A stretch of DNA of 63,426 nucleotides, filler included, from Chiloscyllium plagiosum (GCF_004010195.1; 3 parts of one record of this genome joined end to end with filler, not necessarily neighbours in it), one strand, 5' to 3'; counted from the first letter of the whole stretch, positions 11,198-24,382 are shown. The notes: generated by a model not told the origin, from the letters alone. Numbers and translations: made by a program.

Positions 11198-12760
11198 CTC
11201 CCACCCTCTGTCTCCTGTCACGAAGCCAATTTTGAATCCAACTTGCCAAGTTACCCTGGATCCCATTAGCTTTTACTTTATCAGTTTCCCATGTGGGACC
11301 TTGGTAAAAGCTTTGCTAAAATCCATGTCAACTGCCATATCATCACTTACACATTTAGTCATCTTCTCAAAAAATTCCACCAGATTTGTTCAGTGTGACC
11401 TCCCTCTGACAAAGCCATGCTGACTATCCCTGATCAAACCTTCCCTCTTCAAATGGAGGTTAATCTTTTCCTTCACTATTTTCTGCAATAGTTTCCCAGT
11501 CACTGAGGTTAGACTTCCTGGTTTATAAATCCCTGGTTTATCTCTTAAAACCCTTCTTGTAAAGTGGAATCACATTCACTGTTTTTCAGTCCTCTGGCAC
11601 CTCCTCTGTGGCCTCAAAAAAGTTAAAACATTTCTGTCAGAGCCCCTGTAATTTCCTCCCACAGCAGCCTGACATACAACTCATCTGGGGCATTAGTCCA
11701 TTTTTAAGCCCGCTAAAACCTCCAATATGCCTCGCTCCCTGTGTCAAACTGCCCAAGAAATTGGAAGTCCATCCTCTGGGATTCTGTGCCTATATCCTCA
11801 TTCTCCAGAGTAAAGACAAATGTGAAATACTCATTTAACACTCCAACAATGTTCTCTGCCAATGTCCTCTCCTGGCACACACAGATTATCCCCTCGGTCC
11901 TGAACAGGTCCTATCTTTTCTCTGGTTATTCTCTTCCACTTGATGTACTTTTGGAATATTTTGAAGTTCTCCCTTATCTTACTGCATTGTTTTCTCATGC
12001 CCCCTCTTTGTTCTCCTGATTGTTTTTTGAGATCCCCCCTGCACTTTTTATACCCCACATGGCCTATGTACATGGACACCGAGATCTCTCTGCTTATCTA
12101 CACTACCAAGAATCTTACCATTAGCCCAGCACTCCGCATTCCTGTTGCTCCTTCTAAAGTAAATCACCTCACACTTTTCTGCATTAAACTCCATTTGCCA
12201 CCTCTCTGCCCAGCTCTGCAGCTTATGTATGTCCCTCTGTAACCTACAACATCCTTCGTCACTATCCCCAACTCCACCAACCTTAGTGTCATCCGCAAAT
12301 TTACTAACCCATCCTTCTACGCCCTCATCCAGGTTATTTATATAAATGACAAACAGCAATGGCCCCAAAACAGATCCTTGCTGTACCCCACTAGTAACTG
12401 AACTGTGGGCGGCACAGTGGCACAGTGGTTAGCACTGCTGCCTCGCAGCGCCAGAGACCCGGGTTCAATTCCCGACTCAGGCGACTGACTGTGTGGAGTT
12501 TGCACGTTCTCCCCGTGTCTGCGTGGGTTTCCTCCGGGGGCTCCGGTTTCCTCCCACAGTCCAAAGATGTGCAGGTCAGGTGAATTGGCCATGCTAAATT
12601 GCCCGTAGTGTTAGGTAAAGGGGTAAATGTAGGGGTATGGGTGGGTTACGCTTCGGCGGGTCGGTGTGGACTTGTTGGACCGAAGGGCCTGTTTCCACAC
12701 TGTAAGTAATCTAATCTAATCTAATCTGAACTCCAGGATTAACATTTTCCATCAACCACC
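11198..12760 (-). mobile_element. CR1 ORF2 fragments (two subfamilies)
   Basis: Minus ORFs with WVSKFADDTKVGG, WQMEFNAEKCEV and KIFQKYIKWKRITREKIGP. Confidence 0.85.
12405..12725 (+). mobile_element. HE1/V-SINE-type tRNA SINE, full length
   Basis: A box tggcacagtgg, B box ggttcaattcc, V-domain tgtgtggagtttgcacgttctcccc, (TAATC)n tail, TSD ctgaact at 12398-12404 and 12726-12732. Confidence 0.9.
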
Positions 12761-12864
12761 AAGGAGGTAAATATGTGGTTTGAGGGATAGTGTAGAAGGA
12801 AAGGGTTTAGATTTTTGCGACATTAAGATCAGTTTTAGGAAAGGAGAAAACTGCTGAGGAGAGA

Positions 12865-13450
12865 TAAGACCATAAGGTCACAAGACGTAGGAGCAGAAAT
12901 TAGGCCATTCAGCCCATCGAGTGTGCTTAGCCATTCAATCATGGCTGTAAAGTTTCTCAACCCCATTCTCCCACTTTCTCCCTGTAACCCTTGATCCCCT
13001 TAATACATAAGAACTTATCTATCTCAGTCTTAAATTATACTCAATGGCCTGGCCTCCACAGCCCCCTTTGGCAGTGAATTCCATAGATCCCCCACTCTCT
13101 GACTGAAGGTGTTTCTCCTTCTCTCCATTTTAAAAGGTCTTCCCTTTACTCTAAGGCTGTGCCCTCAGGCCTTAGTCTCTCCTACCAATGGAAACATTTC
13201 CCCAACATCTACTCTGACCAGGCCATTCAATTAGATCCCCCCTCATCCTTATAAACTCCAACAGTATACATCCAGAGTCCTCAGACATTCCTTGTATGTT
13301 AAACTTTTCATTCCTGGGACCATTCTCGTGAACCTCCTCTGAACACACTCCTCCATCCTCTGGGATTCTGTGCCTATATCCTCATTCTCCAGAGTAAAGA
13401 CAAATGTGAAATACTCATTTAACATATCCTGAGATACGGGGCCCAAAAAT
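12865..13450 (-). mobile_element. CR1 3' end
   Basis: VQRRFTRMVPGMKSLTYKECLR; 3' hairpin region gggctgaatggcctaatttctgctcc on the minus strand. Confidence 0.8.
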
Positions 13451-13499
13451 GGACTTCACATGAGCAGAAAAGGGAGGCAGTTGGAATGGGAGGAGTGAC

Positions 13500-16400
13500 A
13501 GCAAGGACCAGAGGCCCAACAGGAAGGTAAATTTAAAGTATATAAACTTACCTGGTGTATAGGCAGAGCAGGAGCACACACAGGGCTGCTGGGTAAGTGA
13601 GGCCTTATATTTGGGCTGTTGCTTTACACGAAATAGTGCTCAGTTAGTGTCTCCCACCCATCGTCCTCCTCTAACCAAAAGAAAGGTTCTGTGCACCGGA
13701 TTGGTAAGTGGACTAGTTTTTTTTACTTTTCAGTCGTTTCATTAGGAATTTAGAATAGTGGGAATGGAGGTTAGGGCAGTTGAATGTTCCTCCTTGCATA
13801 ATGTGGGAGGTAAGGCTCACTTCCAGTGCCCCTGCTAACCGCATCTGTGGGAAGTGCACCCAACTCCAGCTGCTCGAAAACCACGTCAGGGAACTAGAGC
13901 TGGAGCTGGAGCTGGATGAACTTCAGATCATCCGGGAGGTGGAGGGGGTTATTGAGAGGAGTTACAGGGAGGTAGTCACACATCAGGTAAAAAAAGAAGG
14001 TAGATGGGTTACAGTCAGGGGACGGAGAGGAACTGGCAGGCAGTGCAGGGATCCCATGTGGCCATTCCCCTCATCAACAAGTATACCGTTTTGGATACTG
14101 TTGGGGGGGACAAATTACCGGGGTAAGCAGTGGGGCACAGGTCTCTGGCGCAGAGTCTGTTCCTGGAGCTCAGAAGGGAAGGGGGAAGAGGAGCAGAGCA
14201 GTAGTCATTGGGGACTCCATAGTTAGGGGGACAGACAGGAGGATCTGTGGGGACGAGAGAGACTCACAGTTGGTGTGTTGCCTCCCAGGTGCCAGGGTTT
14301 GTGATGTCTCTGATAGTGTTTTCAGGATCCTTGAGGGGGAAGGGGAGCAGCCCCGAGTCAGGGTCCACAAAGGCGCCAATGACATAGTTAGGAAGACACA
14401 TGGGGATTTAAGGCCGAAAATCAAGAAGCTATTGTGGAAGCTTAGAGTTAGAACAAACAGAGTTACTATCTCCGATTTGTTGCCTGTGCCACGTGCTAGC
14501 GAAGTGAGGAACAGGGGGAGAGAGAGGATTTGAACACGTGGCTACAAGGATGGTGCAGGAGGGAGAGTTTTGGTATCGTGGATAATCGGGGCTCTTTCTG
14601 GGGTAGGTGGGACCTCTATAAGCAGGACAGTCTTCACCTGAACCAGAAGGATACCAATATCCTGGGGGAGAGATTTGCTAATGCTCTTTAGGGGTTTAAA
14701 CTAATCCAGCAGGGGGATGGGAACCAAAATTGTAGTTCGAGTATACGGGAGGTTGAGGGTAATGAGGTCAGAAATATGGTTTCAAGGTCGCAAGAGGGCA
14801 TCGGCAGGTGAGAAGTTGGTTTGAAGTGTGTCTACTTCAATGCCAGGAGCATCGGAATAAGGTGGGTGACCTTGCAGCATGGGTCGATACCTGGGATTTT
14901 GATGTTGTGGCCATTTTGGAGACATGGATAGAGCAGGGACAGGAAGATTCCGGGACTGACATGTTTCAGTAAGAACAGAGAAGATGGTAAAAGAGGGAGA
15001 GGTGCAGCATTGTTAGTCAAGGACAGTATTATGGTGGCAGAAAGGATGTTTGAGGACTCCTCTACTAAGGTAGTATGGGCTGAGATTAGAAACAGGAATG
15101 GAATGATTACCCTGTTGGGAGTTTTCTATAGGCCTCCAAACAGTTCCAGAGATGTACGGGACAGGATAGCAAAGATGATTCTCGATAGGAGTGAGAGTGA
15201 CAGGGAAGGTGTTATGGGGGACTTTAACTTTCCAAATATTGACTGGGTATACTATAGTTCAAGTACTTTAGATGGGTCAATTTTTGTCCAATGTGTGCAG
15301 GAGGATTTCCTGATGCAGTATGTAGACAGGCCCACAAGGGGTGAGGTCACATTAGCTTACGTACTGGGTAATGAACCCAGCCAGGTGTTAGGTTTGGAGT
15401 TAGGTGAGCACTTTGGTGATAGTGATCACAATTTGGTTATGTTTACTTTAGCGATGGAAAGGGACGGGTATATACAAGAGTTATAGCTGGGGGAAAGGCA
15501 ATAATGATGCGATTAGGCAAGATTTAGAATGCATAGGATGGGGAAGGAAACTGCAGGGGATGGGGACAATTGAAATGTGGAGCTTATTCAAAGAACAACT
15601 ACTGCAGGTCCTTGATAAGTATGTACCTGTCAGGCAGGGAAGAAGCCGTTGAGCGCGGAAGCTGTGGTTTATTAAAGAAGTTGTATCTCCTGTCAAGAGG
15701 AAGAAGATGGCTTATATTAGGATGAGATGTGAAGGCTCAGTTAGGGAGCTTGAGAGTTACACGTTAGCCAGGAAAAAGACTGAAAGAGAGAGCTAAGAAG
15801 AGCCAGAAGGGGACATTAGAAGTCATTGGCGGATATGATCAATGAAAACCCTGTAGGTTTATCTGGAAATAAAGAATGCCAAGAGTAAGGTTAGGGCCAA
15901 TCATGGACAGTAGTGGGAAATTGTGCGTGGAGTCAGAGGGGATAGGGGAAGCGCTAAATGAGTATTTTTGTCAGTATTCACAAGAGAAAAAGACAACGTT
16001 GTCGAGGAAAATACTGAGATACAGGCTACTAGATTAAATAGAATTAAGGTTCACAAGGAGGAGGTGTTAGCAATTCTGCAAACTGTAAAAGTAGATAAGT
16101 CCCCTGGGCCAGATGGGATTTATCCTTGGATTCTCTGGAAAGCCAGGGAGGAGATTGCCGAGCCTTTGGCTTTGATCTTTATGTTGTCATTGTCCACAGG
16201 AATAGAGCCAGAAGACTGGAGGATAACAAATGTTGTCCCCTTGTTCAAGAAGGGGAGTAGAGACAACCCTGGTAATTATAGAACAGTGAGCCTCACTTCG
16301 GTTGTGGGTAAAGTGTTGGAAAGGGTTATAAGAGATAGGATTTACAATCATCTAGAGAGGAATAATTTGATTAGGGATAGTCAACACAGTTTTGTGAAGC

Positions 16401-17250
16401 GTAGGTTGTACCTCACAAACATTATTGAGTTCTTTGAGATGGTGACCAAACAGGTAGATGAGGGTAAAGCGGTTGATGTGGTGTATATGGATTTCAGCAA
16501 GGTGTTTGATAAGGTTCCCCACGGTAGGCTATTGCAGAACATATGGAGGCATGGGATTGAGGGTGAATTAGCGGTTTGGATCAGAAATTGCTGAAAGAAG
16601 ACAGAGGGTGGTGGTTGATGGGAAATGTTGATCGTGGAGTTCAGTTACTAGTGGGGTACTGCAAGGATCTGTTTTGGGGCCACTGTGTTTGTCATTTTTA
16701 CAACTGACCTAGATAAGGGTGTAGAAGGATGAGTTAGTAAATTTGCGGATGACACTAAGGTCGGTGGAGTTGTAGATAGTGCCGAAGGATGTTGCAGGTT
16801 ACAGAGGGACATAGATAAGCTGCAGAGCTGGGTTGAGAGTGGCAAATGGAGTTTAATGCAGAAAGGTGTGAGATGATTCACTTTGGAAGAAGCAACAGGA
16901 ATACAGAGTACTGGGCTCATGGTAAGATTCTTGGTAGTGTAGATGAGCAGAGAGATCTCTGTGTCCATGTACATAGATCCTAGAAAGTTGCCACCCAGGC
17001 TGATAGGGTTGTTAAGAAGGCATACAGTGTGTTAGCTGGTTTTGGTAGAGGGATTGAGTTTCGGAACCATGAGGTTATGCTACAGCTGTACAAAACTCTG
17101 GTGCGGCCACACTTGGAGTATTATGTACAGTTCTGGTCACCACATTAAAGGAAGGATGTGGAAGCTTTGGAAAGGGTTCAGAGGAGATTTACCAGGATGT
17201 TGCCCTGGTATGGAGGGGAGGTCTTATGAGGAAAGGCTGAGAGACTTGAG
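13500..17250 (+). mobile_element. Near-full-length but inactivated CR1 LINE (ORF1 Zn-finger/leucine zipper/esterase; ORF2 APE endonuclease-RT)
   Basis: ORF1: CIMWEV...ICGKCTQLQLLENHVRELELEL, VVIGDSIVRG. Endonuclease: MGDFNFPNIDW, GDSDHN. RT: KSPGPDG, GNYRTVSLTS, YMDFSKVFDKVPH, FADDTK. Several stops and frameshifts; 3' end cut by a PLE insert. Confidence 0.92.
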
Positions 17251-17578
17251 CCTGGATGTGCAGGTAAAACTTTGATGGATGTCTTGTCCTACCTGCCTAT
17301 CTTCTTTTCCACTTATTCACTCCACCGTCCTCCCTGGCCTATCACCTTCATCCCCTCCCCCACTCACCTATTGTACTCTATGCTACTTTCTCCCCATCCC
17401 CCACCCCCCTCTAGCTTACCTCTCCACACTTCAGGCTCTCTGCCTTTATTCCTGATGAAGGGCTTTTGCCCAAAACATTGATTTTACTGCTCCTCGGATG
17501 CTGCCTGAACTGCTGTGCTCTTCCAGCACCACTGATCCAGAATCTGGTTTCCAGCATCTGCAGTCATTGTTTGTACCT
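17250..17578 (+). mobile_element. Penelope-like 3' end (family C) with mutated hammerhead
   Basis: cctgatgaagggcttttgcccaaaacattg (GAAA changed to AAAA) followed by ctgctcctcggatgctgcctg; same family as 40931-41245. Confidence 0.7.
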
Positions 17579-17579
17579 G

Positions 17580-19030
17580 AATAGGATGCATCCTAGATTA
17601 CTGAGAGGTGAGGGAACAAATTGCAGGACCATTATCAGAAATTTCCAGGATTAGTCCGAGGTGACTGGAGGATTGCAAATGTCACACCGTTGTGTAAGAA
17701 AGGGGCCAAGGATAACCCGGGACATGACATGCCTCTCAGCTTGACATCTTGAGTGGGAAAACTGATGGTGGCCATTATACAGGAGAGGGTTAACATACAC
17801 TGAGAGAAAAATAAGTTAATACTAAACAATCAACATGGCTTTGTCAAGGGCAGATCATGCCTGACAATTCTAATTGACTTCTATGACAAGGTGACACAGT
17901 CAGTGGATGAGGGTAGTGCTGTGGGTGGTGTATATTTGGATTTTCAGAAAGCATTTGATACATTGCCATGTGGCAGGCTGTTTATCCCATTGATGGGGCC
18001 TTGGCAGCAGGGCGACAGGATCAGAAACAAAGGGGAGATTCAGATGGACATTTCTCAGATTGAAGACGAATTGAAAGTGGATTAATGTTGGAGCCCTTCC
18101 CTTTTCTGGTTTATATAAATGATTTGGAGTTGGGTGTTGAGGGCAGAATCTCGAGATGTGCAGATGATACTAAGGCAGGGAGAATAGGAAATTGTGAGGA
18201 TGGTGCTGAGCGACTTCAGAGGGACATTGACAGGTTGGTCAAATGGACAGATACCTGGCAGATGGATTTCGATGCAGAGAAATGTGAGGGAATGCATTTT
18301 GGGAGAAGAAACACAGACAATACAGGCCTCAGTGGTCCAACTCTGGGGGATACAGGAGCAGAGAGACCTCAGGGTTCACGTACATGATCCTCTGAATGTG
18401 GCTGGGCAAGGTGGAACAGTTGCTCAGAAAGCTTATCAGATCCTTGGGTTTATAAATAGAGGCACAGAGTATAGAAGAAAGGAAGTGATGTTCCACCTCT
18501 ACACATTTGGAGCATCGTGTTCTGATCTGGGCACCTTATTTAAGGAAGGATATTAAAGCCCTGGAGAGAGTTCAAAGGGGATTTCCTGGAATGATGCCTG
18601 GAATAAGGGAGTTTAAATACAGGGAAAGATCAGAGAGTTTGGGCTTATTCCCCTTGGAACAGAGAAGATTAAGAGGTGACCTCATTGAGGTGTTCAAAAT
18701 GATGAACAGTATTGACAGGTTTCCACTGGTTGGTATGTCAGTAACTAGGGGTCACAACTTCAAGATTGTCAGTGAGAGAGTTCGGAGTGAGATGGGAAGA
18801 AACTCCATTACTCAGAGAGTGGTTAGGATTTGGAATGTGCTGTCTGAGAGATTGGGGGAGGGGGATTTCACAGGAGGTTTCAGAAGAGAGCTGGGAATGT
18901 GTTTGAAAGGGATGAGGTTAGAGGGTTACAGAGATAGGGATGGAGAGTGGGACTGGCTGGGTAGCTCTTTCGGGAGCCAGTATAGATACGATGGTTTGAA
19001 TAGCCTTCTTCTGTACTGCAAAATGTTATG
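17580..19030 (+). mobile_element. Old CR1 ORF2 relic
   Basis: YLDFQKAFDTLP, YINDLE...CADDTK, WNVLSER. Confidence 0.85.
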
Positions 19031-19034
19031 ATTT

Positions 19035-19720
19035 TGTAATTACATTTACACACCTTTGTGAATTGTTTACATGTCTGCTTCTCAATTGCCCACTGACTAT
19101 TTGGGGGCCTATAATGCTCTCCTAACAGTGTTTTTATTTCCTCAACTCTACCCACAAAGCCTCATTGGAAGACCCTTCAAAGATATTGACCCTCCTTACT
19201 GCATAACTGATTCCTTAATTAATCATGCAACACCATCTCCTCTGTTACACCCTTCCTGTCTCAGTTGTCTCACCTCTACCCCACAATCTTGAGTTGCTAA
19301 TCCTGCCCCTTCTTCAACCATGTCTCTGTAATAGAAACAATATCTGAAAAAAATCAATCTAATCCAGCATACTCTGAGCATTAAAGTAAAGGCCATCCAG
19401 TCTTGTATTACTCCCTTGAATTGCAACATGGTTGAACTCTCTCCGCATTGGTTGCGTTACTAAAGTACACTGTCTCCTTATTGTACTAATACTCTGCGCC
19501 TCCTGTCCCTTGCCCCCTGTCAGAATAGTTGAAACACCTCCTAACATCACTAGCAAACCCTCCACAAGGAGGTTGGTCCCATTCTGGTTGAGGCACTGAT
19601 CATCTTGATTTATAGAGATCCCACCCTCCCCAGAAATGGTCCCGGTGATCCAGGAATCTAAAAACCTCACTCATGCACCAATTCCTGAGCCATGCATTCA
19701 TCTGCCCTATTCCCCTGTTC
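19035..19720 (-). mobile_element. Old CR1 ORF1/endonuclease fragment
   Basis: LLGEHYRPPNS, GLYFNAQS and RFLDSW remnants. Confidence 0.6.
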
Positions 19721-19834
19721 TCACCCACTCCTCCCTGGACTCCAGTCAGATTTTTTCCACACTGTCTCCATTTAACTCAGTGTGTATGGATGAACAGTTT
19801 ATGCTGATACTGGGTTATGAGCTTTATTCTCAGA

Positions 19835-21985
19835 TTGTAATTAGTGTTAAGGATTTAGATGGAGAGGAATTTTTTAAGTGTGTACAAGAAAATTTTCTGA
19901 TTCAGTATGTAGATGTATCCACTAGAGAAGGTGCAAAACTTGACCTACTCTTGGGAAATAAGGCAGGGCAGGTGACTGAGGTGTCAGTGGGGGAGCACTT
20001 TGGGGCCAGCGACCATAATTCTATTAGTTTTAAAATAGTGATGCAAAAGGATAGACTAGATCTAAAAGTTGAAGTTCTAAATTGGAGAAAGGCCAATTTT
20101 GACGGCATTAGGCAAGGACTTTCGAAAGCTGACTGGGCGCAGATGTTCGCAGGTAAAGGGACGGCTGGAAAATGGGAAGCCTTCAGAAATGAGAGAACGA
20201 GAGTTGAGAGACAGTATGTTCCTGTTAGGTTGGTAGGTATAGGGAATGCTGGATGACTAGAGAAATTGAGGGTTTGGTTAAGAAAAAGAAGGAAGCATAT
20301 GTCAGAGATCAAATGAACACTTAGATTATAAAGGCAGTAGGAGTATACTTAAGAGGGAAATCAGGATGGCAAGAAGGGGACATGAGATAACTTTAGTAAA
20401 CAGAATTAAGGAGAATCCAAAGAAATTTTACAAATACATTAAGAACAAAAGGGCAACTAGGGAGAGGATAGAACCCCTCAAAGAATAGCAAGGCGACCTT
20501 TGTGTGGAGCCACAGGAGATGGGGGAGATACTAAATGAGTATTTTGCATCAGTATTGACTGTGGAAAAGGACATGGAAGATATAGACTGTAGGGAAATAG
20601 ATAATGACATCTTGAAAATGTCCATAATTACAGAGGAGCTGGTGTTGGATATCTTGAAATGCATAACAGTGGATAAATCCCCAGGAACTGATCAGGTGCA
20701 CCCCTGAACTCTGTGGGAAGTTAGAGAAGTGATTGCTGGGCCTCTTGCTGAGATATTTGTATTATCGATAGTCACAGGTGAGGTGCGGAAGACTGGAGGT
20801 TAGCCAACGTGGTGCCACTGTTTAAGAAGGGTGGTAAGGCCAATCCAGGGAATTATAGACCAGTGAGCCTGACGTCAATGGTGGGCAAGTTGTTGGAGGG
20901 AATCCTGAGGGACAGGATGTATATGTATTTGGAAAGGCAAGGACTGATTAGGGATAGTCAACATGGCTTTGTGCGTGGGAAATCATGTCTCACAAACTTG
21001 ATTGAGTTTTTCGAAGAAGTAACCAAGAGGATTGAAGAGGGCAGAGTGGTGGACGTGATCAATATGGACATCAGTAAGGCGTTTGACAGGGTTCCCCGTG
21101 GGAGACTGGTTAGCAAGGTTAAATATCATGGAATACAGGGAGAACTAGCCATTTGGATACAGAAGATAGATGGCAACGCAAACATTATTAGCTCAGATAA
21201 ATTAACTGAATTACAGCAAAAAGATGAAAATTTAAAGCAATTGTATCAAAAGGTATACATGGCGGATCGGTGCTAGGTCCTCTACTTTTTGTCATTTATG
21301 TAAATGATTTGGATGTGAACATAGGACGTATAGTTAGTAAGTTTACAGACAATTCTAAAATTGGAGGTGTAGTGGACAGCGAAGAGGGTTACCTCAGATT
21401 ACAATGGGATCTTGATCAGATGGGCCAATGGGCTGAGAAGTGGCAGATGGAATTTAATTCAGATANNNNNNNNNNNNNNNNNNNNNNNNNNNNNNNNNNN
21501 NNNNNNNNNNNNNNNNNNNNNNNNNNNNNNNNNNNNNNNNNNNNNNNNNNNNNNNNNNNNNNNNNNNNNNNNNNNNNNNNNNNNNNNNNNNNNNNNNNNN
21601 NNNNNNNNNNNNNNNNNNNNNNNNNNNNNNNNNNNNNNNNNNNNNNNNNNNNNNNNNNNNNCGGGGAGTCCAGAACTAGAGGGCATAGGTTTAGGGTGAG
21701 AGGGGAAAGATATAAAAGAGTCCTAAGGGGCAACGTTTTCACACAGAGGGTTGTACGTGTATGGAATGAGCTGCCAGAGGAAGTGGTGGAGGCTGGTACA
21801 ATTATAGCCTTTAAAAGGCATTTGGATGGGTATATGAATAGGAAGCGTTTGGAGGGATATGGGCCGGGTGCTGGCAGGTGGGACTAGATTGAGTTGGGAT
21901 ATCTTGGTTCGGTTAGGCCAGGATGAACGAGTTGGACAGAAGGGTCTCTTTCCGTGCTGACAATATCTATGACTCCATGACTCTA
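19835..21985 (+). mobile_element. CR1 ORF2 to 3' end (gapped), with a short Gypsy-like insert at 21165-21263
   Basis: LDLLLGN, ASDHN, GNYRPVSLTS, SQHGFVRGKSCLTNL, WNELPEEVVEAG. Confidence 0.9.
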
Positions 21986-22329
21986 ATTCATGCTGAAATC
22001 CAGGTTCCTGATGGATGTGCTACAGCCCCTCAGTCACCTTCAATTCCCCATCTTAGATCTTCTACTTCAGAAAGCTGGGTGGCCAAGGATAAGTCAAATT
22101 TTACTCAGTCATATGTTTACTGACAGAGAGTAGCATTACAGGCCGAATCTCCAGACTCAATCATACCACAGGTTCATCGTCTCTCCATACCCCAATTCAA
22201 CTGGCCTTGCTGGAACTGATTGTTCCAATGGAATGAAACATTACTGATCCCCTGTTACAAAAATCCCAAACTATAAAGATAACACAAATTAAAATGGGGG
22301 TATTCGCAATGGGAGGTGATGATGTCCCC

Positions 22330-23080
22330 AGCCAGACTCACCCATAGCTCAGAAAACCTTGAAGGTACCGAGAGGCACCTCATGTTGTCGCTGTCCAAGG
22401 AAACCCAGATACAGACGTTCCCACTGGACAGACACCCTCAGCTCACACCAAACCACTGCTCTGACCATCTGTCAATGCCCACACTGACCAGGCCCAGGGG
22501 CTTTATGCCTCCCAACACCAATGCCACCCTGTCCCTTACCCACTAGATTGGCAAAGATTTGTGCCCCTTTCAGGAGATGGGAGAGCAGCTGCTTTTGTGT
22601 CCCTCCAGCCCCACGTTTAAATATTTCAGCCACAATTTCACAGAAATCCCAGGCAGCTCAGGAGTCCGTGAATGGACATAACCATCTGTTAGACAGGAGG
22701 ATCAAACCTCCTGTGTCCGTGTGAAATCCCATTCTGCTGATCGCCTCCGTGCACTCACTGCGAGGAGACTGAGATCCACATTTTCCCTGATTCCGGGGAG
22801 TGAGGGACACCCCATCCTCAATCATTGAAGGATCTCAATCAATTTCAAAACCAGTTGATTTGCTGATGTCCCTTCGTGAGGGGAACCTGTCTCCCCCTAC
22901 ACCCTCACTGCCACAGGGAAAACTGGGATTTGTCCAAATATCTCTCTGAATGAGACCAAACTAATATAAAAAATCACTGTCGAGACTGAACGTCTGTACC
23001 TGGGTTTCCTTGGACGGCAACAGCATGTCCTGCCTTTTGGTACCTTCAAGGTTTTCTTTGAGGTATGAGTGAGTCTGGCT
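22330..23080. repeat. Imperfect inverted repeat pair of about 90 bp (22330-22420 and 22988-23080)
   Basis: agccagactca...aaccttgaaggtacc...gtccaaggaaaccca.tacagacgttc matches the reverse complement of 22988-23080, roughly 85% by eye. Confidence 0.85.
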
Positions 23081-23087
23081 GAAGACA

Positions 23088-23434
23088 GGAGGTGGCATGG
23101 TGACTCAGTGATTAGCACTGCTGCCTTACAGCACCAGGGACCTGGGTTGGATTCCAGTCTCAGGCGACTGTCTGTGTGAAGTTTCCACATTCTCCCCATG
23201 TCTGCGTGGGTTTCCTCCGGGTGGTCCGGCTTCCTCCCACAATCCAAAGATATGCAGGTCAGGTGAAGTGGCCATGCTAAATTGCCCCATAGTGTTCAGG
23301 GATGTGTAGGATAGTAGCATTAGTCAGGGGTAAATGTAGAGTAACAGGTCTGGGTGGGTTACACTTCGGAGGGTTGGTGTGGATTTGTTAGGCCGAATGG
23401 CCTGTTTCCACTCTGTCGGAATTCTATGATTCTA
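23088..23434 (+). mobile_element. HE1/V-SINE (older copy)
   Basis: Same head, V-domain and tail layout as 12405-12725, more diverged. Confidence 0.85.
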
Positions 23435-24301
23435 AAGGACCACCCCCCCCCTCCCCCCCGCGACACCAATGCAGCTAACCGTCCTCTGAGACCAGCTCTT
23501 GAGAGAGTGGTGCTGGAAAAGCACAGCAGGTCAGGCAGCATCTGAGGAGCAGGAGAGTCAACGTTTTGGGTATAAGCCCTTCGTCACTCCTCACTTTCTC
23601 CCTCTCAGACCCGCATTGCCAGTCCAATGTGACAGTGCCCCCCTCCCCTCCCCACCAGCTTCACCGCCTGACTCCGAACGGACAAAGACTGGCAGCGTGG
23701 TTGGCGCTGGTCTTTGGTTCCAGGGTGGGGGTCACTCTCTTCTGGAGAATGTGAACCCCGTGCTCCCGCAGGCTGTCAGGGAAACTCAGAATATGGAATC
23801 ACTTTGTCGGATTTCAACACAATCTTTTCTTTCAAACTGCTCTGATCACCTCCAGCTGGAATCAGAATCTGGATGTGATTCACACCAGGGGTCAAGTGGG
23901 AATGCAGTAGGGTAGACAGGAATTCATTCTCTCATCAGTGCACTTTGAAAAGCCTTCAAGATAATTCTGATTGGATGTGGATATCCCCCTCCAGTCTTGG
24001 CAGTGATGTTTTTAATTAGCTCTCATTCTCAGAGATATTCGGACAAATCCCAGCTTCCCCTGTGAACGATCTCCCAACACTGAAGGGATTGTGCTTCCCT
24101 TGCTCCCTGCGTTAAAAGGTGAGAATTTCTCCCCATTTTCTCTGGATAATCAATCCGTAAAATCCTGTGCCCCGCTCACCCGGCTGCTTATTGATGACAG
24201 GTACGCGATCTGATCAGGTACAGAACGTGTGCCAATGTCCAGGTGCCCGCAGGTAAACAGAGAGCTCACTGTCAGTGCTGGCACAGTCAAGGGCTACTCA
24301 C

Positions 24302-24382
24302 CCACAGCATACAGGAAAGGCAGATCCACCGTGCTCTGTTACTGCTCGCAATCCTGGGCAGACCAACAGCGAAGGACGGCAT
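24302..24382 (-). CDS. Candidate first coding exon of an unidentified host gene (MPSFAVGLPRIASSNRARWICLSCMLW)
   Basis: Unique, relatively CpG-rich DNA; gccATG start; 27 open codons ending at the consensus donor TGG|GTGAGT; preceded by a GA-repeat leader. Confidence 0.5.

Noticed and set aside
12405..12480. tRNA-like sequence with A/B boxes
   Set aside because: It is the head of an HE1/V-SINE, not a tRNA gene; it continues into the SINE body and tail.
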